Source: Calditrichia bacterium (lineage in GTDB: Bacteria > Calditrichota > Calditrichia > Calditrichales > Calditrichaceae). From it: DNA of 28,079 nucleotides. The position numbers and the translations under genes were made by a program. The first letter of the stretch is position 1, and every line of letters begins with the position of its first letter. Below are positions 9,529 to 19,204 of this stretch, piece after piece. A model generated the notes under the pieces. The model had not been told where the DNA came from. It saw only the letters and a program-made list of their open reading frames with translations, and made no database searches. Location: NCBI GenBank assembly GCA_026983775.1, contig JALSTK010000174.1, forward strand, positions 1 to 28,079, in the 5' to 3' direction.

Positions 9529-10305
9529 TTAGAGTACTAATTTCCAGTATAATGTATTTAAACTTTGTCCCCAAAATATCAGGATAACGACACCTATCGA
9601 AAAGAACGGTGCCATGGGTATATAATTATTCTTCGGCTGTTTATCGATAAATTTGAGGCTGATAAAAAACAACAGGGCAAGAACAAACCCTATATAGAGG
9701 GAGAGCAAAGCCATTTGCCATCCGAGGAAGAATCCGAGAACGGCAGCCAGTTTCACATCCCCCATGCCCATACTTTCCTTTTTAAACACTCTTGTACCAA
9801 CTAGGGCAACGACCAAAAATACTACTCCACTGACCAGTAGCCCTAAAAAGGCTTCCTTCCAGGGAAAAACACGAAAAGAAACATTCAGCAGCAAGCCTGC
9901 AATTAAAACGGTAAGCAGGACCTTGTTGGGAATTATTTGCTCGGCATAATCGACGAAGGCGGTGACAATCAGAGCATAGAGGAGGATCAGATTAAAAGCC
10001 ATTTGCCAGGAAAGGCCGAATTTGGAATAGGTTAACACGGTTAACAGGGCGGTACACAGTTCCACCCAGAAATATCGGGAGGCTATTTTATGGCCACAAT
10101 AGGCACATTTTCCTTTTAAAAAAAGATAGGAAAGCAGGGGGATGTTATGATAAAATTTTATCTTTGTATGACAGTAAGGACACTGTGAAGCAGGTCGAAT
10201 TAAGGATTGTCCCTTGGGAATACGATAAATGCACACATTCAGAAAGCTTCCGAATACCGCGCCGACCATAAAAGCATATGCATACATGATTACAGGAGTC
10301 ATCAT
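9529..10305 (-). CDS. pilD: Prepilin peptidase / N-methyltransferase PilD (A24 family)
   Basis: Tetracysteine motif CPYCHTKI...CAYCGHKI in the first cytoplasmic loop, polytopic membrane protein, and the catalytic Asp context GMGDVKL. Confidence 0.85.
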   Translation of the reverse strand: MMTPVIMYAYAFMVGAVFGSFLNVCIYRIPKGQSLIRPASQCPYCHTKIKFYHNIPLLSYLFLKGKCAYCGHKIASRYFWVELCTALLTVLTYSKFGLSWQMAFNLILLYALIVTAFVDYAEQIIPNKVLLTVLIAGLLLNVSFRVFPWKEAFLGLLVSGVVFLVVALVGTRVFKKESMGMGDVKLAAVLGFFLGWQMALLSLYIGFVLALLFFISLKFIDKQPKNNYIPMAPFFSIGVVILIFWGQSLNTLYWKLVL

Positions 10306-10311
10306 ATCACC

Positions 10312-12603
10312 CTATATCAGCTTAAATTCAGGTTCGGAATTATTACTTTTGGGTTGAACAGATGGCTGCGGAGGTGGAGTTTGGGAGGAAAGCCCACTCG
10401 GTTCCGAGGGGGCGGACAAGCCCCTTTTCCCTAATACCTTCTTAACTCTGGCAATTAAAACTTTACTTTTGATAGGCTTGGTTAGATAATCTTCGGCTCC
10501 TAAGTCCAATCCTTTCACTTCATCATCCGCTTCTTTTAAACCGGTCAGCATCAATACGGGAATGGAACGGGTCTTCGGATCAGACTTTAGATGCTGTAAC
10601 AGTTCATAACCGTCCATACGCGGCATCATAATATCCAGCAAAATAAGGGTGGGCAGGTCTTTTTTAATTTTATCCAGGGCCTGCACCCCGTCTTCGGCCT
10701 CCGTCACCTGCCAGGGTGTATTTTTCTCAATAATTTTGCGAAGCATCATCCGTGAAACTTTATAATCTTCGACGATCATAATTTTAATCTTATCACTTTT
10801 TTTATCCGCAACAGCCGATTGAGCCAGAACGGGTTTTATCGGATCGGCATTAACGGCAGGCGATATTCCCTTATTTTCTGCGGAGCTCGTATCTTTTTCA
10901 TGGCCATCACTTTCCCCCATATTGATGGTACGCAAGACCTCTTTATAGTCGGTAATACCGTCGGCAACCAGCGAAAGCGCATCCTCAAATAAGTTGCGAA
11001 AGCCGTTCTTCTTGGCCAGGGCTCTAAGTTCCGTCAGGGAAGCTCCGGCATTTATCTTATCCTTTATTTGATGGTCTAAAATAAGAATTTCGTAAACTCC
11101 TACCCGACCTTTATACCCCGTATATCCGCATTTTTTACAACCTTTGGCCTCATAAACCTGTGGATTGTCATGCATCTGGTTCACCATATAGTGCAGTTTC
11201 GGATCGATTTGATCCGTTTCCACCCTGGTTTTACATACAGGACATAATTTGCGTACCAGACGCTGGGCTATAATGGCTTGCAGAGATTCGGTAATTTTGA
11301 ATTTATCGACGCCCATATCGCGCAGACGGGTTATGGTTCCGAACGTATCATTGGTATGAAGCGTACTTAATACCAGATGCCCGGTTTGGGCAGCCTGGAT
11401 GGCAATTTCCGCCGTCTCATTATCCCGGATTTCACCGACTAATATCACATCCGGATCCTGACGTAGAAAGGAACGCAGAGCGCTGGCAAAGGTTACCCCG
11501 GCTTTTACATTAACCTGCACCTGATTGATTCCGTCCATAACATATTCTACCGGGTCTTCCACGGTAAGGATATTGTTGGCTGTCGATTTGATGCGGTTAA
11601 TGGCTGCATAAAGGGTGGTACTTTTACCGGAGCCGGTCGGCCCCGTAACCAACACCATACCCTGACGGAAGGAAAAGCACTGTTCCAGCAGGCCGCGGTT
11701 TACGCCACGGATTCCCATCTGATCGAAGGAAACGGCCGCCTTACGTTTGTCCAAAACACGGATTACGGCTTTTTCACCGAAACTGGTTGGTAAAATCGAT
11801 ACACGCAGATCGATATCTGCCTTTCCCACATAAATCTTTGCTTTTCCGTCTTGCGGCTTTCGCGTCTCCGCTATGTTCAAATCCGATATAATCTTAATAC
11901 GACTCATCAGGCTGGGATGAATGGTCTTGGGAATTTCCATCAAATTACGTAGTACACCGTCGATACGGATACGCACATGGGCGGATTTCTCTTTCGGTTC
12001 AATATGAATGTCACTGGCCCCATCATCTACCGCATCCGCTAAGATCTGATTGACCAGCTTGACCACCGGTGCCGGATTAGAATCGTTCTCCTCGCCGGGA
12101 ATTCGTACTTTTGAACGCTGATGATGGCTGCCCACCAGAGAATTAATTAATTTATCCGGTGAATAGTATGTATCGATTTTTTCTTCGATTTTATCTCTAT
12201 AGGCAAAATAGGTTTTCACATATTTGCCGGTAGCCGTCTCGATTTCGCGTTCGCAATCCAGATTTGACGGACTAAAACTGGCAATGAAGATTTGCTTATC
12301 CGTCATACTAAAGGGAATGAACAGATATTTCCTGCAAAGTTTTTCCGGAATTATTTTAATAACCTGGGGATCGATTTTGGTCTGATCCAGATCGACCGAT
12401 GGAATATTAAGCGCATTTTGCACAAATTCCGCAATATCCTCGGCCAGCAGGTAATTGTTTTCAACCAGAATATCGAAAAAATACGTTCTATCCGAAAAAC
12501 GCTGGGCTAATTCACCATACAGGGATTCATCAATGATCTGATAATAAATAAGGGCTTTTACTAACCAATCGTCGAAAAAAACGTGCGTATTTGTTATTGC
12601 CAT
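10312..12603 (-). CDS. pilB: Type IV pilus extension ATPase PilB (GspE family) fused to a C-terminal response-regulator receiver domain
   Basis: Residues 1-150 are a T2SSE_N-like domain. The ATPase core carries Walker A (GPTGSGKSTTLYA), the Asp box (VGEIRD), the His box and a tetracysteine cluster (CPVCKT...CKKCGYTG). A linker (SAENKGISPAVNADPIKPV) is followed by a CheY-like domain (IKIMIVEDYKVSR...LILLDIMMPRMDGYELL...VLMLTG...YLTKP). Confidence 0.85.
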   Translation of the reverse strand: MAITNTHVFFDDWLVKALIYYQIIDESLYGELAQRFSDRTYFFDILVENNYLLAEDIAEFVQNALNIPSVDLDQTKIDPQVIKIIPEKLCRKYLFIPFSMTDKQIFIASFSPSNLDCEREIETATGKYVKTYFAYRDKIEEKIDTYYSPDKLINSLVGSHHQRSKVRIPGEENDSNPAPVVKLVNQILADAVDDGASDIHIEPKEKSAHVRIRIDGVLRNLMEIPKTIHPSLMSRIKIISDLNIAETRKPQDGKAKIYVGKADIDLRVSILPTSFGEKAVIRVLDKRKAAVSFDQMGIRGVNRGLLEQCFSFRQGMVLVTGPTGSGKSTTLYAAINRIKSTANNILTVEDPVEYVMDGINQVQVNVKAGVTFASALRSFLRQDPDVILVGEIRDNETAEIAIQAAQTGHLVLSTLHTNDTFGTITRLRDMGVDKFKITESLQAIIAQRLVRKLCPVCKTRVETDQIDPKLHYMVNQMHDNPQVYEAKGCKKCGYTGYKGRVGVYEILILDHQIKDKINAGASLTELRALAKKNGFRNLFEDALSLVADGITDYKEVLRTINMGESDGHEKDTSSAENKGISPAVNADPIKPVLAQSAVADKKSDKIKIMIVEDYKVSRMMLRKIIEKNTPWQVTEAEDGVQALDKIKKDLPTLILLDIMMPRMDGYELLQHLKSDPKTRSIPVLMLTGLKEADDEVKGLDLGAEDYLTKPIKSKVLIARVKKVLGKRGLSAPSEPSGLSSQTPPPQPSVQPKSNNSEPEFKLI

Positions 12604-12772
12604 AATTCCACTAAATTCTATTTATTAAATCATTCGCTAATTTTCTGTATTTAGTAGAATTATCGTAGGATTTGGTCAGAACCTTAGGGAAAAATTAGAA
12701 ATCGGTAAAATAAGCGGTTTAAAAAAACGACTTTATAAGAGCATTCCAGTAACGCATATCACACAAGTCATT

Positions 12773-14614
12773 TTATCTCCAGCGCCAGACTCCCGGACGG
12801 CGTGGACGACGGGCCTTATCCTCAGACTTAACCAGAACTACCGGCGGTTCTTTTGCCTTCGCTGTACGGACTGCCGGATAAAATTTCTTACGAAGCGTCG
12901 GATCGATACGGAATGCTTTTTCCGCTGCACGGATAATTTCCGGCCGTAATCCTTCCGAAGCAATGGTTTCCGTATATTTGCGACGCCCGTCTACCAATTC
13001 CTTAATATAAAAATCGATTTCTTCCTGAGAATAGAACTTGTGTACATCATATTCATCCAAAGGTCGCCCTTCCACGGCAGCGATGGACAGCGTTCCCAGA
13101 ATTCCGGGTGTATAGGTGTTTGTTCCCCGTAAATCACCCCGTTGAATGGCGGCCATAAGGCTTAAGGGAACCCGGTCGGTCTTTCGTACCATTCTCTTTC
13201 TGGCAATACCGTTCTCCAGGGAAGTTTCAATGATCTCGCCCATGCCTCCCGTATTATACATCATGAAACGAACTTTTCCCGGATACTTGTTGACCAGGGC
13301 CATCACGATATCATAAAATCGATTGACTTTTCTGCCTCGTGATCCGATTATGAAGGGATCGGTACCCACAATCCGCACGGACTCACCGGCGTGTTCGGGA
13401 TTGGAAGCATAGCTGTGGGTAGACTCCCCCCAGAGATAGGCCAAAACACCTTGCTCGGGCGTTAATTGCTGGGCAAAAGGCATGATCGTATTTCGTCTGG
13501 TAATAAAGGCGAAAATCAGGCCGTCCATCTCATCCAATGTAGGCAAATTAACCGTCGGGGCACTAATGCCCTTCAGCTTACCATCCTGTTTCACTTTAAG
13601 CTGGTTGCGAAAGACAACCGCCCTTCCGTTTCCGCACAAACTTTCGTCAAGGAAGTCGATCTCACCTTGGTAGTTCATCATCAAATTTTCAAGAAGAGCC
13701 GATTTATGGATTAAAGCGTTGTACATGGCTTCCTGCTGGTCGGCACGTACATCCGTTTTGACATAAAAATTATTTTCCGATCCCAGGGCGGAACCATCAT
13801 CCCGCAGGAATACGATATCATCCTGACAAACTTCCGTTTTCTCACCTCGCTCATTATCGAGTCCCAGTTGATGACAGGACCAGGTGGATTTACCGGTAGC
13901 GGTCATACCGAACAGGAAAACACCGTATTTTTTGACACGATTTTCCCTTGGATCGCGCACGGTTACAATTTTCGAACCGGAGTGAAGACCCAACATATCC
14001 TGTTCATCGGCACGCCACATGGCCTGGCGTAAAAAACCTTTTTTATTTTCACCGAGGTAATCGGTACCCATGGCTATATTCAAATTATATTCGGGTAAGG
14101 ATAAAATCTGCGCCCGGATGGGATGTTCTTCGGGGATATGAATCATGATGAATTCCGGTCCGGGACGGGAAGAAGGATCGAACATGGTATTGGCCCACAT
14201 ATAGGCATTGCGGATATTTTTGGGGTCCGATACGGACATATATAAATCACAAACGGGATTATAATACGGGTTATGGCCCATCTGCCGCTTTATATGCACA
14301 AAAGGCAGAGTCCGCATCAAATGTAATACTTTTTCCAACTCCTGTTCCGATTGTTTAATAATTTGAATATGACTATCGAGGGGTTTGGGCAGACGTACCT
14401 TTTCACTTCCGAGATAAACCGTTTTCGGCGCTAAGCGACTCGATATTTTAGAAGTCCACATATAGGAACCATACCGGCTTTTTCGGGCAAATTTTTTCGC
14501 TTCTTTTTCCAAAAAGGACATATCAACCGTTTTAACATTCTTTCCATTTAACAACGGGAGTAATTCGTTATAAAATTTTCGATAGTAGGCTTCGTTGTAT
14601 AGCGAGGCGCTCAT
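12773..14614 (-). CDS. Phosphoenolpyruvate carboxykinase (ATP)-like protein
   Basis: LHSGSKIV...VFLFGMTATGKSTWS...DDIVFLRDDG...NNFYVKTD matches the PckA kinase-1a P-loop (FFGLSGTGKTTLS) and its flanking motifs. At 613 aa it is longer than typical PckA, with an extra N-terminal region and a basic C-terminal tail. Confidence 0.6.
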   Translation of the reverse strand: MSASLYNEAYYRKFYNELLPLLNGKNVKTVDMSFLEKEAKKFARKSRYGSYMWTSKISSRLAPKTVYLGSEKVRLPKPLDSHIQIIKQSEQELEKVLHLMRTLPFVHIKRQMGHNPYYNPVCDLYMSVSDPKNIRNAYMWANTMFDPSSRPGPEFIMIHIPEEHPIRAQILSLPEYNLNIAMGTDYLGENKKGFLRQAMWRADEQDMLGLHSGSKIVTVRDPRENRVKKYGVFLFGMTATGKSTWSCHQLGLDNERGEKTEVCQDDIVFLRDDGSALGSENNFYVKTDVRADQQEAMYNALIHKSALLENLMMNYQGEIDFLDESLCGNGRAVVFRNQLKVKQDGKLKGISAPTVNLPTLDEMDGLIFAFITRRNTIMPFAQQLTPEQGVLAYLWGESTHSYASNPEHAGESVRIVGTDPFIIGSRGRKVNRFYDIVMALVNKYPGKVRFMMYNTGGMGEIIETSLENGIARKRMVRKTDRVPLSLMAAIQRGDLRGTNTYTPGILGTLSIAAVEGRPLDEYDVHKFYSQEEIDFYIKELVDGRRKYTETIASEGLRPEIIRAAEKAFRIDPTLRKKFYPAVRTAKAKEPPVVLVKSEDKARRPRRPGVWRWR

Positions 14615-14652
14615 TTTCTAAATCCTTACGTAATTATTTCAATTACTTTTGT

Positions 14653-17004
14653 TCAGGAAATTTGCCCTAAAACTTCTTTTATTTTCTCAGCCAGGCTCTG
14701 TACGGATAGCCGGGCTGTATTTAATTGATAACAGGCTGCAATTTGAAAAAGGCGTTTAAAATCTCGTTTTTGCATTTCAAGACCCTGGCTGTTTTTAGAC
14801 AGCAAATGGGGATTATAGAAGGGTTGGTTGTCTGAACTGCTTTCCGAAAAAGGGCCCGAACTAAATCCGGCTTCCAGAACAGGCAAAGCTTCTTCACCCG
14901 GAATCTTTTCAATATCCGCAGTAACCGGATCGCTTTTAAGGATAAACACGGCCCGAACATCAATGCGTTTTACATGTTTTTGCATCCCGCCGATCCAGTA
15001 CGGATCAAGCATTGCAGCCGATTTTTTGGAAGCAAAATAGCAGTAAGGTTGACCCCGTTCCAGATCGCACTGCTCTTCTGATTCGCACTTCATATTCTGA
15101 CAATCTTCTTTACTGGTAACCACATTCTCACATTTACTACGGTCGAACAAGGGTGCCAATTGATGGTTGAGCAAAACCGTGTGGGTAGGCATATACAGTT
15201 TGCGTTCCGGATTATCCGCAGCGGCTATGCCGCCTCCATAACGGACAAAAACCATATCGTTGGAATGCAGGGCCACCGATTCATCGTTAAGTAATTCAAA
15301 AAACAATTCTGTTTTATGGGTTCCTTTGGGCCCCATTAATAAAAATCCGCATCCGTTATAATCCGCCGACATGGCACGTATACCATGTACCTCGAACAGT
15401 CGTTGCCCTACATCGCTGACCACTCCGAGAGCCAGGGAACGCAGGGAGGCATATTGATCGTTGTTAAACAGAACCGCCGTATGTGTTTCCGCATGATAAA
15501 ACCCATAGGGTTCACGTCCCACCGCTTCATCCACGGCATAGATAACGGCATGGGGTTCCAAATCCGCTTCAAGTTGAGCGGGATACCAGTTTTCCACCCA
15601 GAAATCGTAGAGATGGGCGTTGTTAGTTCTTAGCTGAACCACGACACCGTTGATATTGGCATTCCATTCATGATAACGATCGTATTGAAGTTGAGCCTCC
15701 GCTTCCGCCACCAAAGCTTCCCGCTGTTCCATGGTAACCTTACTGTCCACTTTCAGCGCTGTGGTCACTTTCGAATGATAATTATTCAGTTTAACGGATT
15801 TCACTTCGGCCGGAGTTTTAAGTTTACTCAAGGCTTCCCCTATACGGTCAATTCCCTTCTCAATATTTTCCATAGAAGTCGAATAGGAGATACGAATGAA
15901 ATGATCCGCTCCAAAGGCCGCACCCGGAATCAAAGCCACCTTTGCTTCCCGTAGCAGGTAGTATGCCAATCCGTAAGAGTTACGGATATAGTTTCCTTTA
16001 TACTCTTTACCAAAATAAGAAGAGACATTGGGGAATGTGTAAAAAGCACCTTCCGGCTTATGGCAGGAAATCCCCGGGATCGATTGCAGACGATGCATCA
16101 AATAGTTGCGTCGTTTCTGGAACTCGGACACCATACGACTGATTTCATACTGCGGTCCGGTAAGAGCGCTTAAAGCTGCGTATTGAGAAACGGTGGAAGG
16201 ATTGGAGGTGGAATGACTTTGAATTTTGTTACAACTGCTGATAATATCCGCGGGCCCGGCAGCATAGCCGATACGCCAACCGGTCATGGCGAACGCCTTT
16301 GATACCCCGTTGATGATTAGGGTTCGTTGTTTGATCTTTTCACTCAACGATGCAAAACTGACAAAGGTAAAATCATCAAAAACCAGTTTTTCGTAGATTT
16401 CATCGGCTATGACCAGCATATTTTCTTCTTCGATAATATCCGCTAATTCCATCAATTGCTCTTTATTGTAAGCGGCTCCCGTGGGATTGGAAGGATTGCA
16501 CAGAATAATCGCCTTGGTATTCGAAGAAAGGGCATTTTTCAGTTCTTCGGCCGTAAGCCTGAATCCATTTTCTTCTTTCACGGGAACGATAACCGGCCGT
16601 CCCCCGGCTAATTTGACCATCTCCGGATACGATACCCAGTAAGGCGCCGGGATAATGACCTCATCCCCATCATTCACAACCGACATCAGCACATTATAGA
16701 GATTCTGCTTTGCACCGGTCGATACGATGATCTGAGAAGGATCGTATTCCACTTCGTTTTCTTCGAGCAACTTTTTAGCAATGGCCTGACGTAAAGGTAA
16801 AATACCGCTATTTATGGTATATTTCGTTTTATTTTCATCAATGGCCTTTTTGGCGGCCTCCTTGATAAACCCGGGAGTGGGGAAATCGGGTTCACCAACG
16901 CTGAAATCAACTACATCAATCCCCTCGGCCCGCATGGTAATCGCTTTAGCTGCGATTTTCATGGTTGGCGAAACTGCAATATTTTTTACCCGTTCGGAAA
17001 TCAC
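14653..17004 (-). CDS. Fusion protein: class-I aspartate/aromatic aminotransferase (N-terminal ~395 aa) plus a PEPCK-like P-loop domain (C-terminal ~385 aa)
   Basis: The N-terminal part carries AspC family motifs NPSNPTGAAY and SKAFAMTGWRIGY (PLP-Lys). The C-terminal part carries GFLLMGPKGTHKTE...LHSNDMVFVR...NPERKLYM, which parallels the PckA P-loop and downstream motifs seen in the adjacent gene 12773-14614. Confidence 0.65.
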   Translation of the reverse strand: MISERVKNIAVSPTMKIAAKAITMRAEGIDVVDFSVGEPDFPTPGFIKEAAKKAIDENKTKYTINSGILPLRQAIAKKLLEENEVEYDPSQIIVSTGAKQNLYNVLMSVVNDGDEVIIPAPYWVSYPEMVKLAGGRPVIVPVKEENGFRLTAEELKNALSSNTKAIILCNPSNPTGAAYNKEQLMELADIIEEENMLVIADEIYEKLVFDDFTFVSFASLSEKIKQRTLIINGVSKAFAMTGWRIGYAAGPADIISSCNKIQSHSTSNPSTVSQYAALSALTGPQYEISRMVSEFQKRRNYLMHRLQSIPGISCHKPEGAFYTFPNVSSYFGKEYKGNYIRNSYGLAYYLLREAKVALIPGAAFGADHFIRISYSTSMENIEKGIDRIGEALSKLKTPAEVKSVKLNNYHSKVTTALKVDSKVTMEQREALVAEAEAQLQYDRYHEWNANINGVVVQLRTNNAHLYDFWVENWYPAQLEADLEPHAVIYAVDEAVGREPYGFYHAETHTAVLFNNDQYASLRSLALGVVSDVGQRLFEVHGIRAMSADYNGCGFLLMGPKGTHKTELFFELLNDESVALHSNDMVFVRYGGGIAAADNPERKLYMPTHTVLLNHQLAPLFDRSKCENVVTSKEDCQNMKCESEEQCDLERGQPYCYFASKKSAAMLDPYWIGGMQKHVKRIDVRAVFILKSDPVTADIEKIPGEEALPVLEAGFSSGPFSESSSDNQPFYNPHLLSKNSQGLEMQKRDFKRLFQIAACYQLNTARLSVQSLAEKIKEVLGQIS

Positions 17005-17063
17005 TTGTACCTCGATCGTCTTTATTCTATCTGCTTACCTTTACAAAAACGCAACGAATCCGA

Positions 17064-18461
17064 TTAGTCCTCATTACCTTCTAATTTCTTCTTCAACAGC
17101 TTTTTGATATCCGCTCCGGTCAAAGCTTCAATCACTTCGGGTAACTGGCTCAAAATTTCCGCGACCTGACCGGTAAGTTTGGAAGCGCCCAGTTTTCCGT
17201 CATGCTCGATCATGACAATCTTATCAAGTTTCGATAAGGGTTCGGACACAGCAGAAGCCAGCTCGGGCATTTTTTCCAGAATCATTTGATAGAGAGCCGC
17301 TTGATTATAGGATTCGTAGGCTTTGGCTTTGGAGGCAATGGCCCCGGCCTCGGCCTCTCCCAATTGCTGGATGCGCTCTGCCGCTACTTTATTTTCGATC
17401 TTTTGTGCTTCAAGCTTTCCTTCCGCCTCGGTTTTAATACGGTAGCTTTCGGCTTCGGCTTCAGCCTGAATCTGGAACTTCCTTGCTTCGGCGGGTTTGA
17501 TGACATTCGCTTCCAACTCTTTCTGCTTTTTGGCAATGGAAAGTTCTCCCAGCTTGGTGGATTCTTCCATTTCCACTTTTTTAACGGCATACTCTTCGCG
17601 TTTCACTTCCTGCTGTATCTTGAAGCGGGCTAATTCATAGGCCATATCGGCATGCGCTTTTTTGGCGTTTACCTCAACCTGCGATTCCGCTTTCTTCGCT
17701 TCATTTAACCAGGAGGCCTTGGCAATCTCAGCTTCTGCAGCGAGACGGGCAATTTCGCCTTCTTTTTTGGCTTCTGCCGTCTTTATGGTCATGTCCCGGT
17801 CTTTCTCGGCCTGATCCACCTCGGCTTCATATTTAGCCTGCGTGATGTGCGGCATACTTAAGGCGTCAAGATACCCCTGAGAATCACTAATATCACTAAG
17901 ACCGAAGGACATAATCATCAAACCCAGCTTCTTAAAATCATCCGAAGCCGCATCGTAAACCTTATCCGCAAACCGGTCCCGCAGGGTGAAAATCTCTTCA
18001 ACGGTTTGGGTTCCTATGACCTCGCGCACCTTATTTTCCAGAATTTTGGTCGAAACTTCCAGTATTCCCTCTTTGCCGCTGCTCAGAAAGTTGATGATAG
18101 CCAGATGCAAAGGATATTCATCCATATCCACTTTGACCTGAGCACTATACTCTACATTGACCGGGATTCCGTTATGACATAAAACATCGATTAACTTTCC
18201 ATGAACCGGTATGACCTCGATGGCAAACTTTTCGGCGTGTTCGGTAAAAGGGTTTACAAAAGCACCTCCACCGATCTTATAACGGAAGCCAATTTCTTTC
18301 TCTGAGCCATCCGGTTTGATAACCCGGTTCTTTTTACCACCGGAAATAATCAGGACTTCGTTGGGCCCGACCTTTCGATATTGTTTTGCATAAAAGAAAA
18401 CGATTCCGACGATGAGAATCACCACAACGGCCACAACAATGATTAGAGCGAGTTGACTCAT
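17064..18461 (-). CDS. Flotillin-like SPFH/Band-7 domain protein
   Basis: The ORF-track start (18488) is a TTG. The ATG at 18461 is preceded by GGAGG and gives MSQLALIIVVAVVVILIV (TM). An SPFH domain follows, and then a long Ala/Glu/Lys-rich coiled-coil region (EAEVDQAEKDR...AEAEAESYRIKTEAEG) typical of FloT/YuaG. Confidence 0.8.
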   Translation of the reverse strand: MSQLALIIVVAVVVILIVGIVFFYAKQYRKVGPNEVLIISGGKKNRVIKPDGSEKEIGFRYKIGGGAFVNPFTEHAEKFAIEVIPVHGKLIDVLCHNGIPVNVEYSAQVKVDMDEYPLHLAIINFLSSGKEGILEVSTKILENKVREVIGTQTVEEIFTLRDRFADKVYDAASDDFKKLGLMIMSFGLSDISDSQGYLDALSMPHITQAKYEAEVDQAEKDRDMTIKTAEAKKEGEIARLAAEAEIAKASWLNEAKKAESQVEVNAKKAHADMAYELARFKIQQEVKREEYAVKKVEMEESTKLGELSIAKKQKELEANVIKPAEARKFQIQAEAEAESYRIKTEAEGKLEAQKIENKVAAERIQQLGEAEAGAIASKAKAYESYNQAALYQMILEKMPELASAVSEPLSKLDKIVMIEHDGKLGASKLTGQVAEILSQLPEVIEALTGADIKKLLKKKLEGNED

Positions 18462-18674
18462 ACAGACCTCCTTTTTAGCCAATTGCAATCGATGTTTAAA
18501 GTGGCAAATTTATGTAATTTTTTCACTGTATCCAATCTATTTCTCATTTTATGTTTATTATTTTCACATTATTTATCACAGCGGTTTTGAAAATTTTATA
18601 GCATTCCGGAGGAGTGCTATGGATTTGAGATGTTTCCCAGAAAAAACAGATACGGTTTCCGTAATACAACGTGC

Positions 18675-19031
18675 TTAGGTATGTTTACAATAAAAATGGA
18701 TTTTCTCTTTTAGTTCATTAATATTAATAGGAACGGGTAAAGTATCCACATAACCGAGTTCGGCAAAATTATCCGGTGGCATATGATTCCAGTTTAGCAT
18801 TAACAAAACCGGAACATGGGCATAATATTTTCTCACCAGGTTTAGAATCGTGTGATCATCTCTGCCATGCTGCCATTCCAGAGCGATGTCTATTTTATGG
18901 GTAAGGATCATTTCTTCCAGTGCCTCCTTGTTGTCTGCCCAAATGACAGCATAGCCGAGTTCTTCAAATATATCTTTATATTCTTTAATCAGATAAAAAG
19001 GAAGTAGTACTGTGATTGTTTTTTTTGACAT
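18675..19031 (-). CDS. Small receiver-like (CheY-fold) protein, probably degenerate; hypothetical
   Basis: 118 aa with the alternating beta/alpha pattern of a receiver (ITVLLP..., KIDIALEW, VPVLLMLN). It lacks the N-terminal acidic pair and the conserved Lys-Pro. Confidence 0.35.
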   Translation of the reverse strand: MSKKTITVLLPFYLIKEYKDIFEELGYAVIWADNKEALEEMILTHKIDIALEWQHGRDDHTILNLVRKYYAHVPVLLMLNWNHMPPDNFAELGYVDTLPVPININELKEKIHFYCKHT

Positions 19032-19204
19032 TTTGAGTATATCTCCTTTCGTTTTTTTTATCTTTAGAATCTATCCACTCCTAGTAATTACCCACTTACT
19101 TATTTCTTATAGCCCCGTTTCAGTTGGCTTACTAAAAATTAAACGGAGAGGATTTCTACCTCAAAAAAAAGCAATACAACTAAAAATTGGCATAAGAAAG
19201 AATC

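Noticed and set aside
1-12603. Possibility that the cluster is a type II secretion system rather than type IV pili
   Set aside because: The cluster contains a PilT retraction ATPase, a PilM (actin-like) with a PilN INLLP motif, PilO, and a major pilin with a full-length C-terminal domain. No GspC/L/M or exoprotein genes are present, so it is a T4aP.
14721-14963. 80-aa minus-strand ORF overlapping the 3-prime end of the aminotransferase-PEPCK fusion gene
   Set aside because: It lies in a different frame within the larger, motif-supported ORF.
17384-17590. 68-aa K/R-rich minus-strand ORF inside the flotillin coiled-coil region
   Set aside because: It is a frame-shifted reading of GAA/GCT-rich coiled-coil codons and lies within the flotillin ORF.
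18489-18674. Intergenic region upstream of the flotillin gene, examined for promoter or riboswitch-like structure
   Set aside because: It is AT-rich with no convincing conserved promoter hexamers or stable structure that I could verify by eye.
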